Of a stretch of DNA of 64,000 nt, positions 1 to 9,865 are shown in pieces. How positions within the stretch are numbered: the stretch's first letter is position 1; each line of letters begins with the position of its first letter. The translations under genes and the position numbers were made by a program. The notes under the pieces are model-generated. The model saw only the letters and a program-made list of their open reading frames with translations, was not told where the DNA came from and searched no databases. Source of the stretch: an uncultured delta proteobacterium (GTDB taxonomy: Bacteria > Myxococcota_A > Polyangia > Polyangiales > B10-G4); assembly GCA_963727445.1 (NCBI GenBank), contig CAVSGI010000009.1, positions 416,001 through 480,000 of the forward strand. The letters are read 5' to 3'.

Positions 1-38
1 TACCAAAGCGTCCGAACGACCTGGACCATGGCCACGTC

Positions 39-842
39 ATGACGCGGTCGTTCTTCGCCATCTCCTCCGAGCGGCCGGCGCACACGCGAGGCAAGTGCGA
101 CTGCTGCCATCCCGAGGTGGAGGTAGCCTTCCTTCACGCGGGGGCGACCCATGCGACGATCGGTGGCCGAAGCACGGTGCTCCGGGCCGGCCAGTACTGG
201 ATCATCTCCGGCGATGTCGAGCACACGACCCACACCGCCGAAGACGGTTCGCGTGGGACGTACCTGCAGCTCCTGCCTTCGTTCCTGGACCGCGTCGCCG
301 ACGACCTCGGCGTCGCGCGCCGAAGGCGCCGCCACACCGCGCCGGGGCCGATCACTCCCGCCCTCAGAGGCGCGCTGGTCGCACTCGACTCGGAGCTCAC
401 CTCCGAGCGACCGGCGCCGCTCCTCGTCGAAAGCATCGGCCAGTACATCGCCGGCGTGCTCACGCGCGCTGGTGCGGAAGACGCCCGAGCCTCCGCGCTC
501 CGGCTCGATCGCCGCGACAGACGCCTCGAGCGAGCGGTGGAGCTGATGCACTCGGCGCCCGCGCAACCACATTCGTTGGAGGTCCTGGCGGGCGTGGCCG
601 GTCTCAGCAAGTTCCGCTTCGCCCACCTGTTCAAGTCGCGATACGGCGTCTCGCCGCATCGCTACCTCGTCCGCATGCGCACTCGCCTCGCGGCCGAGCG
701 ACTCCTTCAGAGCCAGCAGTCCGTGACCGCAATCGCGCTCGAGTTCGGCTTCTCTTCCGGGAGCCGATTCGCGCACGAGCTCCGGCGGGAGCATGGCCTC
801 AGCCCCTCCGAGTATCGGGAGCTCGGGGGCAGCAAGAACTGA
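39..842 (+). CDS. AraC-family transcriptional regulator (N-terminal cupin-like domain, C-terminal double HTH)
   Basis: C-terminal LEVLAGVAGLSKFRFAHLFKSRYGVSPHRY...VTAIALEFGFSSGSRFAHELRREHGLSPSEYR is the AraC/XylS HTH signature; N-terminal HPEVEVAFL...GDVEHT is cupin-like. Confidence 0.92.
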   Translation: MTRSFFAISSERPAHTRGKCDCCHPEVEVAFLHAGATHATIGGRSTVLRAGQYWIISGDVEHTTHTAEDGSRGTYLQLLPSFLDRVADDLGVARRRRRHTAPGPITPALRGALVALDSELTSERPAPLLVESIGQYIAGVLTRAGAEDARASALRLDRRDRRLERAVELMHSAPAQPHSLEVLAGVAGLSKFRFAHLFKSRYGVSPHRYLVRMRTRLAAERLLQSQQSVTAIALEFGFSSGSRFAHELRREHGLSPSEYRELGGSKN

Positions 843-865
843 GCGGGCGGTGTCGACAAGAACTG
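833..865 (+). promoter_or_regulatory. Direct repeat CAAGAACTG (833-841, 857-865), candidate AraC-type operator for the downstream kelch gene
   Basis: Exact 9-bp direct repeat, 24 bp start-to-start, overlapping the regulator stop codon and upstream of the next gene; AraC proteins typically bind direct repeats. Function is inferred. Confidence 0.35.
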
Positions 866-935
866 TGTCGCGAAGGCCTCGAGTATCGGACACATGAGCG
901 TTTCAACGGTTCCACATCCTCGGAAGGTCCCGCCG

Positions 936-2238
936 ATGAAACAACTACTCGCCCTGCCTGCGCTCGTCCTCGCCGCCTCCACCTTCGCCGCCGGGTGCGA
1001 CAGCGGTCCTGAACGGCCTCTCGATCCGGATACGGGGCCGGGGCCAGATGCGTCCCCCGTGCACGACGCAGCTCCGGACGCTGTCGACGGAGGCGCGCCC
1101 GACACGGGGACCGGGGTCCCCTCCGACCCGGTCGCCTTCACCGAAGTCGGTCTCCTCTCGACGGGACGCAACGCGCACACAGCGACGCGCCTCAACGACG
1201 GGCGGGTCCTTCTGGTCGGTGGCGAGAACGTCATCGATTCGGACGCCTGTGGACGCGGTAGACCTCTTCGACCCGGCGACCGACTCGCTCCGCGAGGGTG
1301 CTTCGCTGCCCTCGCCACGATCGAATCACGCGGCTGTCCTCCTGGAGGATGGACGGGTTCTCGTCATCGGCGGCGGGCGGAGTGCACCGGTCGGCGCGGG
1401 CGCGGGGCTGGACGTTCTCTCGAGCGCGCTCATCTACGACCCCGCGCTCGATGCCTGGGAGGAGACCGGCTCGCTGCTCGAAGGCCGCAGCCATTTTGCA
1501 GCGGTGCGCCTCGTCGACGGCCGAGTGCTGGTCGCTGGCGGCACGGCGGGCACTCACGAGCACGGTAGCACCTGCACCGGCGCGCCGGATTGCGGTCCGC
1601 TCGGCGATACGCTCGCGTCGACGGAGATCTACGATCCCGCGACAGGCACCTTCACCGGCGCCGGTCCTCTCGCGGAGGCGCGAGCGCTGTTCACCATGGA
1701 GCGGCTCGGTGATGGAAGAGTGCTCGCCATCGCAGGGATGAACGATTACCGCGACGGTTTCGCGTCGACCGAAGTCTTCGATCCCACCACCGGCGAATGG
1801 AGTCCAGGGCCCGACCTCGTCTCCGAGCAGCGCTTCTTTCACGCGAGCGCGCCGCTCCCCTCGGGTCGCGTGCTCGTGGGTGGCGGCAAGCTTCCCGACG
1901 TTCGCTTCCTCACCACCGTCGACGTGGTCGACGTGTCTGCCGGCGAGTCCACCAGCGCCGCCGAGCTCTCGGTGCCGCAGACCCTGCCCCGCTTCGTTCC
2001 GCTCGCCTCCGGACGCGTCCTGACGGTCGGCGGATTCCGCTGTCCGAGTCCCTGCGCGCCCATCGCGGACGCCGCGATCTACGACGAGTCGACGAACGAG
2101 TGGTCTGCCATCGGGAGCCTCGAGACGGCACGCGCTGGTCACTCGGCCACGCGCCTGGCCGACGGTCGCGTGCTGGTCTGCGGTGGTTTCACCTCCCTCG
2201 CCAACACCGCCTCGTGCGAGCTCTCCGCGTCCGAGTGA
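936..2238 (+). CDS. Kelch-repeat beta-propeller lipoprotein; one +1 frameshift at about 1236-1240
   Basis: Lipobox MKQLLALPALVLAASTFAAG-C; repeated R..H.A..L.DGRVLV.GG / YDP....W motifs split between ORFs 894..1568 and 1048..2238; deleting one T in GATTC gives GGENVIDRTPVDAVDLFDP. Confidence 0.85.
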
Positions 2239-2307
2239 CGGCGGACACCCGCGGTCTGGGTGTGCTTCACGAGAGGGCCGCCGTGACCCCGATCGAGTAG
2301 TGCTAGA

Positions 2308-3930
2308 CTAGGGCACGCCGCGCAATCGGAACGCATCGGTCGTGGTGATGGCGATGATGAGCTCGCGAAGGTCGTCGCCCGAGTCGCGGTAGCGCTGGTA
2401 AGCGGCCTCGAGCGATGGCTCGTCCTGTTCCGCGTCGGAGCGGCCGAGGGCGAAGCGGAACCACTGTCGAGCGACGCAGCGGTGGACGTCTTCGCTCTGT
2501 GCGAGGCGCCCTGCCAGGTCGATCGCCCCATCCACGTCGCCGTCCACGTCCGTCCCCACCACCGTTCCGGATGCGTCGATGGGGTGTGGTCCGTCGAGCT
2601 CGCGAAAAGCGCCCACCACGTCGTAGTGCTCGAAGGGAAAACCGAGGGGATTCATCAGCTGATGGCAGGTCGCGCACGCGGTCGGCGAGGTCTTCTGCTC
2701 GAGCTGTTGCCGCGAGGAAAGCGTCGGGTCCGGCGCGATGATCGTGTTGACGGCCGGGGGCGGCGGCAGCGACAGGCAGAGCAGGCGCTCGCGAATCGCC
2801 TTGCCCCGATGAACGGCCGCCGAGGCGGGATCGTTGCCGTGGGAGGTGATGAAGCTCGCGTGGGTGAGGATTCCGGCGCGCTCGCTCGGATCGAGCATCA
2901 CCTGGCTCATCGTCCCGGGCTCGAGCGCTTCGTCGATCCCGTAGTGCTGGGCGAGCTCCGGCGTCATGAAGGAGTAGGGTGCGGTCAGCAGGGTTTCGAG
3001 GCGCGCGTCGCCGGTACGAAAGACGTGGAGCGCGAAGGTCTCCGTCTCGAGGAGCATGTCGTCCTTGACGTCCTCGAAGGTCGGATAGCGCGTGTCGTCC
3101 ACCCGATGGTTCATCAGGTCGTCGACGCCCAACCATTCGGTGTGGAAGCGGGCGATGGTGAGGTCGGCGCGTGGATCCGAAAGGAGGCGACGCGCCTCGC
3201 TCTCGACGCCCTGTGGGGTGTCGAGGAGGCCGGCCTCGGCCGCGTCGAGCAGGGCCTGATCCGGCCCGGACTTCCACAGGAAGAAGGAGAGCCGCGTCGC
3301 GAGCTCGTACCCCGTGAGCTCACGGACGCCGTCACGCCTGCTCGGCACGCCGACCTCGATCCGGTAAAGGAAGCTCGGCGCCTGCAAGAACGCGGTGATG
3401 ACGAGACGCACCCCGTCGGCGTAGGTGCCTGCCGATGCGGCCTGTTCGAAGAGCGCGCGATACGCGGTGAGCTCCGCGCCGTCGAGGGGCCTTCGATAGA
3501 AGGACGTCCCGAGTCGGGTGAGGAAGAGGTCCACGCAATCGGGGGCCGCACCGTCGCACCCGAGGAGGTCGTCGGCGTGGATCATCACGATCTCGCCGAC
3601 GCTCTCGGCGACCGCACGATACGCCTCGACCCCGTCATCGTTCACGTCGAAGAACGCGTTGCTGGCGAAGGGCCCGGCGGTGCCGTCGGAGGGCAGGTGA
3701 TCGAGGCGCAGCTCGTCGACGATGGCGTCCCCGAGCACCGTACGCAGCGTGCGCTCGTACTCGAGGCGCGTGAGCCGAAGGGTCGGGCTGTCACCGACGC
3801 AGAGCTCGCACGCTTCCTCCGGGGCGTCGCCACCCTCGGGATCGGACACGCCGGGATCCGAGATGAAGCCATTGCAGCCGGCGACGAGGATCGCCGCCGC
3901 CCCGGCCAGGAGCCAGGACGCAGCCGTCAC
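2308..3930 (-). CDS. DUF1592/DUF1588-family multidomain lipoprotein with a CxxCH motif
   Basis: GTG start VTAASWLLAGAAAILVAG-C; LRLTRLEYERT, FLQAPSFLYRIE, YELATRLSFFLWKSGPDQALLDAA, ERAGILTHASF, CATCHQLMNPLGFPFEHYD are typical of this family; adjacent to a DUF1552 gene. Confidence 0.88.
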   Translation of the reverse strand: MTAASWLLAGAAAILVAGCNGFISDPGVSDPEGGDAPEEACELCVGDSPTLRLTRLEYERTLRTVLGDAIVDELRLDHLPSDGTAGPFASNAFFDVNDDGVEAYRAVAESVGEIVMIHADDLLGCDGAAPDCVDLFLTRLGTSFYRRPLDGAELTAYRALFEQAASAGTYADGVRLVITAFLQAPSFLYRIEVGVPSRRDGVRELTGYELATRLSFFLWKSGPDQALLDAAEAGLLDTPQGVESEARRLLSDPRADLTIARFHTEWLGVDDLMNHRVDDTRYPTFEDVKDDMLLETETFALHVFRTGDARLETLLTAPYSFMTPELAQHYGIDEALEPGTMSQVMLDPSERAGILTHASFITSHGNDPASAAVHRGKAIRERLLCLSLPPPPAVNTIIAPDPTLSSRQQLEQKTSPTACATCHQLMNPLGFPFEHYDVVGAFRELDGPHPIDASGTVVGTDVDGDVDGAIDLAGRLAQSEDVHRCVARQWFRFALGRSDAEQDEPSLEAAYQRYRDSGDDLRELIIAITTTDAFRLRGVP

Positions 3931-3947
3931 CCTTTGGGCCCCGTCGC

Positions 3948-5360
3948 TCAATAGAGCTCCCCCAGCGGCCCGCCCGCGATGCTCGGGTCGCCGACGACGT
4001 TCACGTCCTCGAGCCCCATGGACTGGCAGAGCGAGACGAGGACCTGGTTCATGGGACGGCCCCCGTGCTCGCCGTTGTAGTCCTCGAAGGGGTTCCAGTC
4101 GCCGAACTTCAGGTACCGCCCGGTGCGGAAGGCGCCGTACTCGCTGCCCTGGACCATCACCAGCGGGATGTTGCGGTTCGAGTGCGTACCGCCCTCGCTC
4201 ATCTCCGCGCTCCAAACGACAAGGGTGTTGTCCAGGACGTCGGGCAGCATGTTCTCGAGGAGGTGGTGGACGATCTTCTCGGCGCGCCAACGGGTGAGGT
4301 TCGCCATGTCCTCGCGCGCGGCGATGCGATCGGCGTCGGTCACCACTTCGTCGCCGACCACCTCGTAGCTCATCTGGTGCGCGCGTGCGTGGAAGGACCC
4401 GAAGTCCCGATAACCCTCGGCTTCGAGGAAGTTGCCCGTGCCCTCCGAGTGTGGCCACTGGAAGCACGCGACGCGGGTGAGGTCGCAGGCGAGCGCATGA
4501 GCCATGAGCTGAAACTGGAGCTCGGTGATCTCCGGATGGTTCGAGAAGCTGCGCATCTCGGATTCGCTGAAATCCCGCGGCCGCTCTGGAACCACGCACA
4601 TGGGCGCGAGATCGGCGAGTCGCTCTTCGAGCGAGCGAAAGCCGTGCAGATGTGCGTCCATGCGATCCCGATCGGCCTCGGGGAGCTCTGCCCGCACCCG
4701 GCCCAGCTCGCCGGTCACGAGGTCGAGAACGCTGCGCCGCTCGGCCCGCAGGCGGGCGACCTGAGCCCCGTCACCCGTGATGCCGTCGAAGAGCCGGTCG
4801 AACGCGCGGTCCGGGTAGAGCTCGGGCTCGATCGGTTGGTCCGGACCGCGATGATAGGCGATGCCGTTGGGACCCTGGTTGCCGCCGCTCAGGCTCGCCG
4901 GCCACGTTCCCCAGTAGAACGCATCGAAGCGCGTCTCGCCGCCGACGCGCGCGGCGATCGCCCGATCGATCGACGCGGCCTGGGGCCAGCCCACGCCCTC
5001 GTCCCGCACGGTGCCCTCCGGGATCGGCACGCCGGTCCACAGCGTCGACATGCCGAAGTGACCGCCCGCGACTCCGAGGTACGCGGCCTCGTTGTCGACG
5101 CCGTCGAGCACCAGAAGCCGATCGCGAAACGCCTCGAAGGGGTCGAGGACCGAGCCGAGGGCGAAGTCCGTCTCACCTCCGGTGGGGCGCCACCGCGTCA
5201 TGTCGGTGCCCTGGCCGTTGGTGATGAAGACGATCCGCTTGGGGCCGGTCGCGGCTTCGGCCAGCGGGCGGGGCAGCAGCGAGGCCACCGCCGCGGCCGC
5301 ACCCGAGACCCCTGCCGCCCGGAGGAACGCACGCCGTGACCACCTCGTCTTCCGATGCAT
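3948..5360 (-). CDS. DUF1552-family Tat-exported protein
   Basis: Twin-arginine SRRAFLRAAG; SIDRAIA, RRSVLDLV, DRDRMDAHL, ALACDLTRVA, LDNTLVVWSAEMSEG..HS..NIP. Confidence 0.9.
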   Translation of the reverse strand: MHRKTRWSRRAFLRAAGVSGAAAAVASLLPRPLAEAATGPKRIVFITNGQGTDMTRWRPTGGETDFALGSVLDPFEAFRDRLLVLDGVDNEAAYLGVAGGHFGMSTLWTGVPIPEGTVRDEGVGWPQAASIDRAIAARVGGETRFDAFYWGTWPASLSGGNQGPNGIAYHRGPDQPIEPELYPDRAFDRLFDGITGDGAQVARLRAERRSVLDLVTGELGRVRAELPEADRDRMDAHLHGFRSLEERLADLAPMCVVPERPRDFSESEMRSFSNHPEITELQFQLMAHALACDLTRVACFQWPHSEGTGNFLEAEGYRDFGSFHARAHQMSYEVVGDEVVTDADRIAAREDMANLTRWRAEKIVHHLLENMLPDVLDNTLVVWSAEMSEGGTHSNRNIPLVMVQGSEYGAFRTGRYLKFGDWNPFEDYNGEHGGRPMNQVLVSLCQSMGLEDVNVVGDPSIAGGPLGELY

Positions 5361-5463
5361 CTGGATTCAAGCTACGGCATCCAGAGCCCTGTGGCCTGCA
5401 CCTTCCCCTTAGTGGTGCTTACGGCGAAGAGTCTCGTGAATACGGGCGGTTAGCCATGGCCAC

Positions 5464-7509
5464 TCACGAGCGCTCGATCGTCACCGCGATCTTCTCGCGG
5501 CCCTTCTTCACCACCGATGCGTAGGCGTTCGGTCCGAGGGAGAGGTGGCCCTCGTCGTCGACGATCTCACCGATCTGCGCCTGCACCGCGTTCAGCCCGC
5601 CGAGCCACCAGCGGCGGTCGGTGACGTAGACGCGGTCGCCGACCTGGGCGTGGATGTGGGCGGCGAGGTCCCGGCCGACGGCCACCAGGGGCAGCGCCTG
5701 TGCGCCTTCGGCGTAGGCCTCGTCCTCCATGCGCAGGGGGACCGCCTGTGCGCCTTCTTCGGAGGCGAAGCGCACCGAGCGGCGAAAGTCGGAGAGGGCC
5801 TGGGTGACCGTGCCCCACACGAGGCCGCGCTGGCGCTCCTCGCTCTCGGGGCGGGTGAGGAGCGCGACCACGACGCCGAGGGTGAGACTCACGACCACGC
5901 CGAAGAGCGCGCGCATGTACATGTGCTGCTGCATCCCGCCGAGGAAACCATCGCCGCGCTCGCCCATCGGTACGCCCTGCGCGAAGGGCGTGATGATCTC
6001 GGGCACGAAGAGCGAGACGATCACCAGACCGAGGCCGCCGAGGAGCGACGCGAACGCCGCGGGCTTCGTGAAGCGGCGCCAGAACACGCTCAAGAGCAGC
6101 GTCACGGCCAGGGGCGGCGTGACCGCGGCGGTGAACGCGCCGTGCGCGCCGTAGATCGACGCGAACTGCATGAAGACCGGCACCAGCCCGACCCCGAGGA
6201 GGGTCACGGTCACCGAGGACACGCGCGCGATCTTCAGCATGTCCGCTTCGGAGGCGTCGGGGTTGACGTACGGCTTGTACAGGTCGTTCACGGTGATCGC
6301 CGCGACCGCCGTGATCAGCGTGTCCACCGTCGACATCAGCGCCGCGGTCAGCGCCGCGAGCACCAGCCCGAAGACGCCCGGCGCGCTCAACAGCTCGGTG
6401 GCGACGTAGAAGGCGTCGCTCGGCGTCACGGTCTCCGGCAGGTAGCCGGCGTGAACCAGCGCCGCCGCGACCCAGCCGCCGCCGCCCACGACGGCCGCGC
6501 CGACGGTCATCAGCACCAGCACCGTGGCCACCGCCGCCTTGCTCGCCTCCCGCAGGGACCGGGCGGCCATGAAGCGCATCATGATCCCCTGGTTCAGGAA
6601 GTAGAACATCGCCGAATTGGCGATCGCGTCCTGCCAGAAGATGCCCACCGTCGGGAAGGTCGCGCTCTGGTTGAAGTTCGGGAAGGCCAGGCGATGGTCG
6701 CGCGTCAGGTGGCCCCAGACCTGGTCCGCGCCCCCCATGTACGAGGCGCCGAGGTAGAGGATCAGGAGCCCCGTCGCCAGCAGCATCACCCCCTGAAGGA
6801 GGTCGGTCATGATCACGCTGGTCTGGCCGCCGCTGGTCACGTAGCTCGCCGACACCACCGCCACCACCAGCGCCGACCAGAAGATCGGCACGCCGAGCAG
6901 CGCGTGGATCACCTTCCCCATCGTGAAGAGGTTCACGCCGACGTAGCCGATCAGATAGACCAGGATGCAGACGGTGGCCGCGAGGCGTACGCCGCGACCG
7001 AAGCGCCGCCCGAAGTACTCGGGGATCGACGTGATGCGCGAGTAGTAGAGGATCGGGAGCCAGCCGAAGAGCAAGAGCGGCAACCAGATCCAGTCGTTCA
7101 AGTACGACTGACTGCTCGACAGTCCGAACTCGTAGCCCTTGCTGCTGTACTTGACGAAGCTGTAGGAGCCGACGGTGGTGGCGATCAGGCTGAAGGCGAT
7201 CAGCCACCAAGAAAAACGCGAGCCGCCGAAGAAGAAGTCCTTGGTGGTCTTCTGCTGGCGACCGAACCAGGTGCCGACGGCGATGATCGCCAGGAAGTAC
7301 CCGACGACGATCGCGTAGTCGATCCAGGTCCCGCGCGCACCGTCACCGAGGGTCAGGACGTGGTCGGCGCCGCCGTCGTAGGGACGCGCCGGCAGCACGC
7401 TCATCGACGCGTACTGCTGATAGCCCTGCAGCGCCGCGAAGAAGCCGGCGACACCCAGGCAGACGAGGAGGTTTCTCAGCCCCGGGCCCTTCAGCCCGAC
7501 CCAGCCCAT
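5464..7509 (-). CDS. Sodium:solute symporter (SSS) family transporter with an extra C-terminal soluble domain
   Basis: DFFFGGSRFSWW...SLIATTVGSYSF, SIPEYFGRRFG, GGQTSVIMTDLLQG, AALMSTVDT; many TM segments; start may be 7536 or 7509. Confidence 0.9.
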   Translation of the reverse strand: MGWVGLKGPGLRNLLVCLGVAGFFAALQGYQQYASMSVLPARPYDGGADHVLTLGDGARGTWIDYAIVVGYFLAIIAVGTWFGRQQKTTKDFFFGGSRFSWWLIAFSLIATTVGSYSFVKYSSKGYEFGLSSSQSYLNDWIWLPLLLFGWLPILYYSRITSIPEYFGRRFGRGVRLAATVCILVYLIGYVGVNLFTMGKVIHALLGVPIFWSALVVAVVSASYVTSGGQTSVIMTDLLQGVMLLATGLLILYLGASYMGGADQVWGHLTRDHRLAFPNFNQSATFPTVGIFWQDAIANSAMFYFLNQGIMMRFMAARSLREASKAAVATVLVLMTVGAAVVGGGGWVAAALVHAGYLPETVTPSDAFYVATELLSAPGVFGLVLAALTAALMSTVDTLITAVAAITVNDLYKPYVNPDASEADMLKIARVSSVTVTLLGVGLVPVFMQFASIYGAHGAFTAAVTPPLAVTLLLSVFWRRFTKPAAFASLLGGLGLVIVSLFVPEIITPFAQGVPMGERGDGFLGGMQQHMYMRALFGVVVSLTLGVVVALLTRPESEERQRGLVWGTVTQALSDFRRSVRFASEEGAQAVPLRMEDEAYAEGAQALPLVAVGRDLAAHIHAQVGDRVYVTDRRWWLGGLNAVQAQIGEIVDDEGHLSLGPNAYASVVKKGREKIAVTIERS

Positions 7510-7590
7510 CCGCGCGGCGTACACGAGCCCCACCACGAATACCGCTCCGCCGACCGTGTATACGTAGACGAAGGGATCGATCGCGGCCGT

Positions 7591-8724
7591 TCAGCGCTCG
7601 AAGCCGTATTTCTCGAAGAGGTCCGAGAGCTCCTCGTAGACCTCGTCCTCGGTGAGCCCGAAGTCCTCGAGGCTGTACTTGTGGGTGCTCTTGAACTTCT
7701 TGCGGGCGGTGCACGCGCTGACCAGCCGCTCGTGAACGTGCGCCGGCATCTCCCAGCCGAAGCGCTCGTAGATGCGCTCCACCTCGCCCTGTGGGTGCGC
7801 CACCAGCTCGTCGAATTGCACCGTGATGAAGCGATCCTCCGAAAGCCGTTCGCCGAGCTCCGCGTAGCGCCGGTAGAACTGCATCATCAAATGGCCGAAA
7901 CGGCGGAACTCGGGGCCGCTCGGATCCCAGTCGGGGAAGATGCTCCGCCACGACATGGTGAGCAGCGAGATCGCCGAGGGGATCGACTGATAGGGGTGTC
8001 GCACCAGGTGGATGACCTTGCCGTCGGGGAACTTCTCGAGCATCGCCTCGGCGCGCGGAGCGGCCAGGACGCTCTTGACCAGGATGGTGCGTCCCTCGCC
8101 CTCGGCGTGGAGGTGACGCTTGAGGCAGTCCTCGTAGAAGTCCATCACTCGCGCCCGCGCTTCGGGGGGCACGTCCTTCATGGACCAGACGCGTGGCATC
8201 TCGTCGATGAAGGGGAACAGAAGGAGCATGGCCGGCGAGATCGCCGTGTAGATGAAGAGCGCCTCTTCCTCTTCCGCTTCGGTCAGCCCCATCGGGTGAA
8301 CGTCGCGAAAGCCGGGGAAGAGCTTCTGATCGAGCGCCAGGAGGCTGTCTCCCACCTTCCCGCGGAAGAGGAGCCGGTCGAGGGCGGCCAGGTGATCGAC
8401 GGCCTTGTACGCGCTCACCGCGGGCACGACGGTCTGGTAGAGCTTGAAGGAGGTGAAGCGCGCCTCGTCGAGGGTCAGCAGGCGGTGAAGGAGCGTGGTG
8501 CCGCTCCGGGCGCCGGCGAAGATGAAGACCGGCTCCTCGACCTTCGTGTCCTTCCACTCGGGATAGAGGACATCATCGATGCGATGGGCGGCCGCCACCG
8601 TCCCCGCCATCATCGCGTAGAGATTGAGGAAGCCCAGGCTCCAGGCCCAGAAGCGAGGCGTCGCCTTTCCCGATGTGACACTGGCGCGAAAAGCGGCTTT
8701 GAGGCTCTGTAGATCGACGTACAT
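7591..8724 (-). CDS. PAPS-dependent sulfotransferase (Sulfotransfer_3-like)
   Basis: 5'-PSB loop PVFIFAGARSGTTLLHRLL; 3'-PB motif IHLVRHPYQSIPS; C-terminal HKYSLEDFGL. Confidence 0.9.
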   Translation of the reverse strand: MYVDLQSLKAAFRASVTSGKATPRFWAWSLGFLNLYAMMAGTVAAAHRIDDVLYPEWKDTKVEEPVFIFAGARSGTTLLHRLLTLDEARFTSFKLYQTVVPAVSAYKAVDHLAALDRLLFRGKVGDSLLALDQKLFPGFRDVHPMGLTEAEEEEALFIYTAISPAMLLLFPFIDEMPRVWSMKDVPPEARARVMDFYEDCLKRHLHAEGEGRTILVKSVLAAPRAEAMLEKFPDGKVIHLVRHPYQSIPSAISLLTMSWRSIFPDWDPSGPEFRRFGHLMMQFYRRYAELGERLSEDRFITVQFDELVAHPQGEVERIYERFGWEMPAHVHERLVSACTARKKFKSTHKYSLEDFGLTEDEVYEELSDLFEKYGFER

Positions 8725-8838
8725 CCGGAAGCGGGGAGGGGATTAGCGCCTCCTTCCGAGCAGCACAAGGGTTTGGAGGGCTCCGCTCGGGCCCTGGGGC
8801 TTTGCTCACAGGCTCCGGTCGGGGTAGCGTCCCGCGCC

Positions 8839-9856
8839 ATGTCGAACGACCAGCGCTTCTTCTCCATCTCCGACGTGCCCGAAAACGCCCTCTCTGGCGA
8901 ACGGGTGGCCATTCTCGGTTACGGCAATCTGGGCCGAACGGTCGCTCTGAACCTTCGTGATTCCGGGACCACGGTGCTGATCGGCAACCAGGACGACGAA
9001 TACGCTGCGCAGGCGAAGAAGGAGGGCTTCGAGGTCGTTTCGGTCAGCGAAGCGGCGAAGGCGGACGTGGTCTTCGTGCTCCTGCCGGACGAGGTGATCC
9101 CCGATGTGTGGAAGGACACGATCGCCCCCTCCCTCAGCGACGGCGCCGCGATCGCCTTCGGCTCCGGCTACACCCTCGCGTACGATCTTATCGACGCCCC
9201 CAGCACGGTGGACGTGCTGCTGGTCGCCCCCCGCATGGCCGGTGAGACCGCGCGCGAGCGCTTCGAGCGTGGCGAGGGGTTCTGGGCCTACATCGGCGTG
9301 GAGAACGACGCCTCCGGCAAGGCCGAGCGACGCATGTTGGGTCTGGCCGCGGGGATGGGCTCGCTTCGCGCCGGTCCGGGCGGCAAGGACGCGCCGGGCA
9401 CGGGCGCGCTTCAGATGACCGCCGAGATGGAGGCGACCATCGACCTCTTCATCGAACAGACCGTCGGCCCGCTCCTCGGCGCCGCGGTGATGACCGCATT
9501 CGAGGTGGGCAAGGAGGGCGGCATCCCCGCGCCGGCGCTGGTGCTCGAGATGTACATGTCCGGTGAGTTCGAGACGGTCTTCGCCGCCTTCCGCTCCATG
9601 GGCTTCTTCAAGGCGTCGGAGTCTGCACGGTCCCACCGCGCTCTTCGGCGGCATGATGCGCACCATGGAGGTCGACCGCGCGCCCATGGTCGAGCGCTTC
9701 TCGCGGGTGCTCTCGGAGATCCGCGACGGCGACTTCGCCAAGAAGTTCCAGGAGGAGCGCGCCAACGGCTACCCCATGCTCCAGGCCGCCGAGCTCATGA
9801 TCAAGGCGGACTCGCCCCAGACCCAGGCCGAGGCTCGCGTGCGCGAGCGCCGCTGA
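8839..9856 (+). CDS. Ketol-acid reductoisomerase-like protein (divergent IlvC paralogue); one +1 frameshift at about 9619-9623
   Basis: GYGNLGRTVALNLRDSG, LLPDE, DLFIEQ; C-terminus LHGPTALFGG...LSEIRDGDFAKKF lies in the next frame (ORF 9563..9856). Confidence 0.82.
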
Positions 9857-9865
9857 CCTCCCACG

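Noticed and set aside
5375..5460. Cobalamin-riboswitch-like AAGGGGAA on the minus strand
   Set aside because: The region is too short and lacks the B12-box elements
5545..8712. 1055-aa + strand ORF, and similar long ORFs at 9608-12175, 31773-35663, 45233-46732, 58565-60499 and 60681-62933
   Set aside because: Antisense shadows of well-supported genes; high GC suppresses stops on the opposite strand and the translations have no motifs
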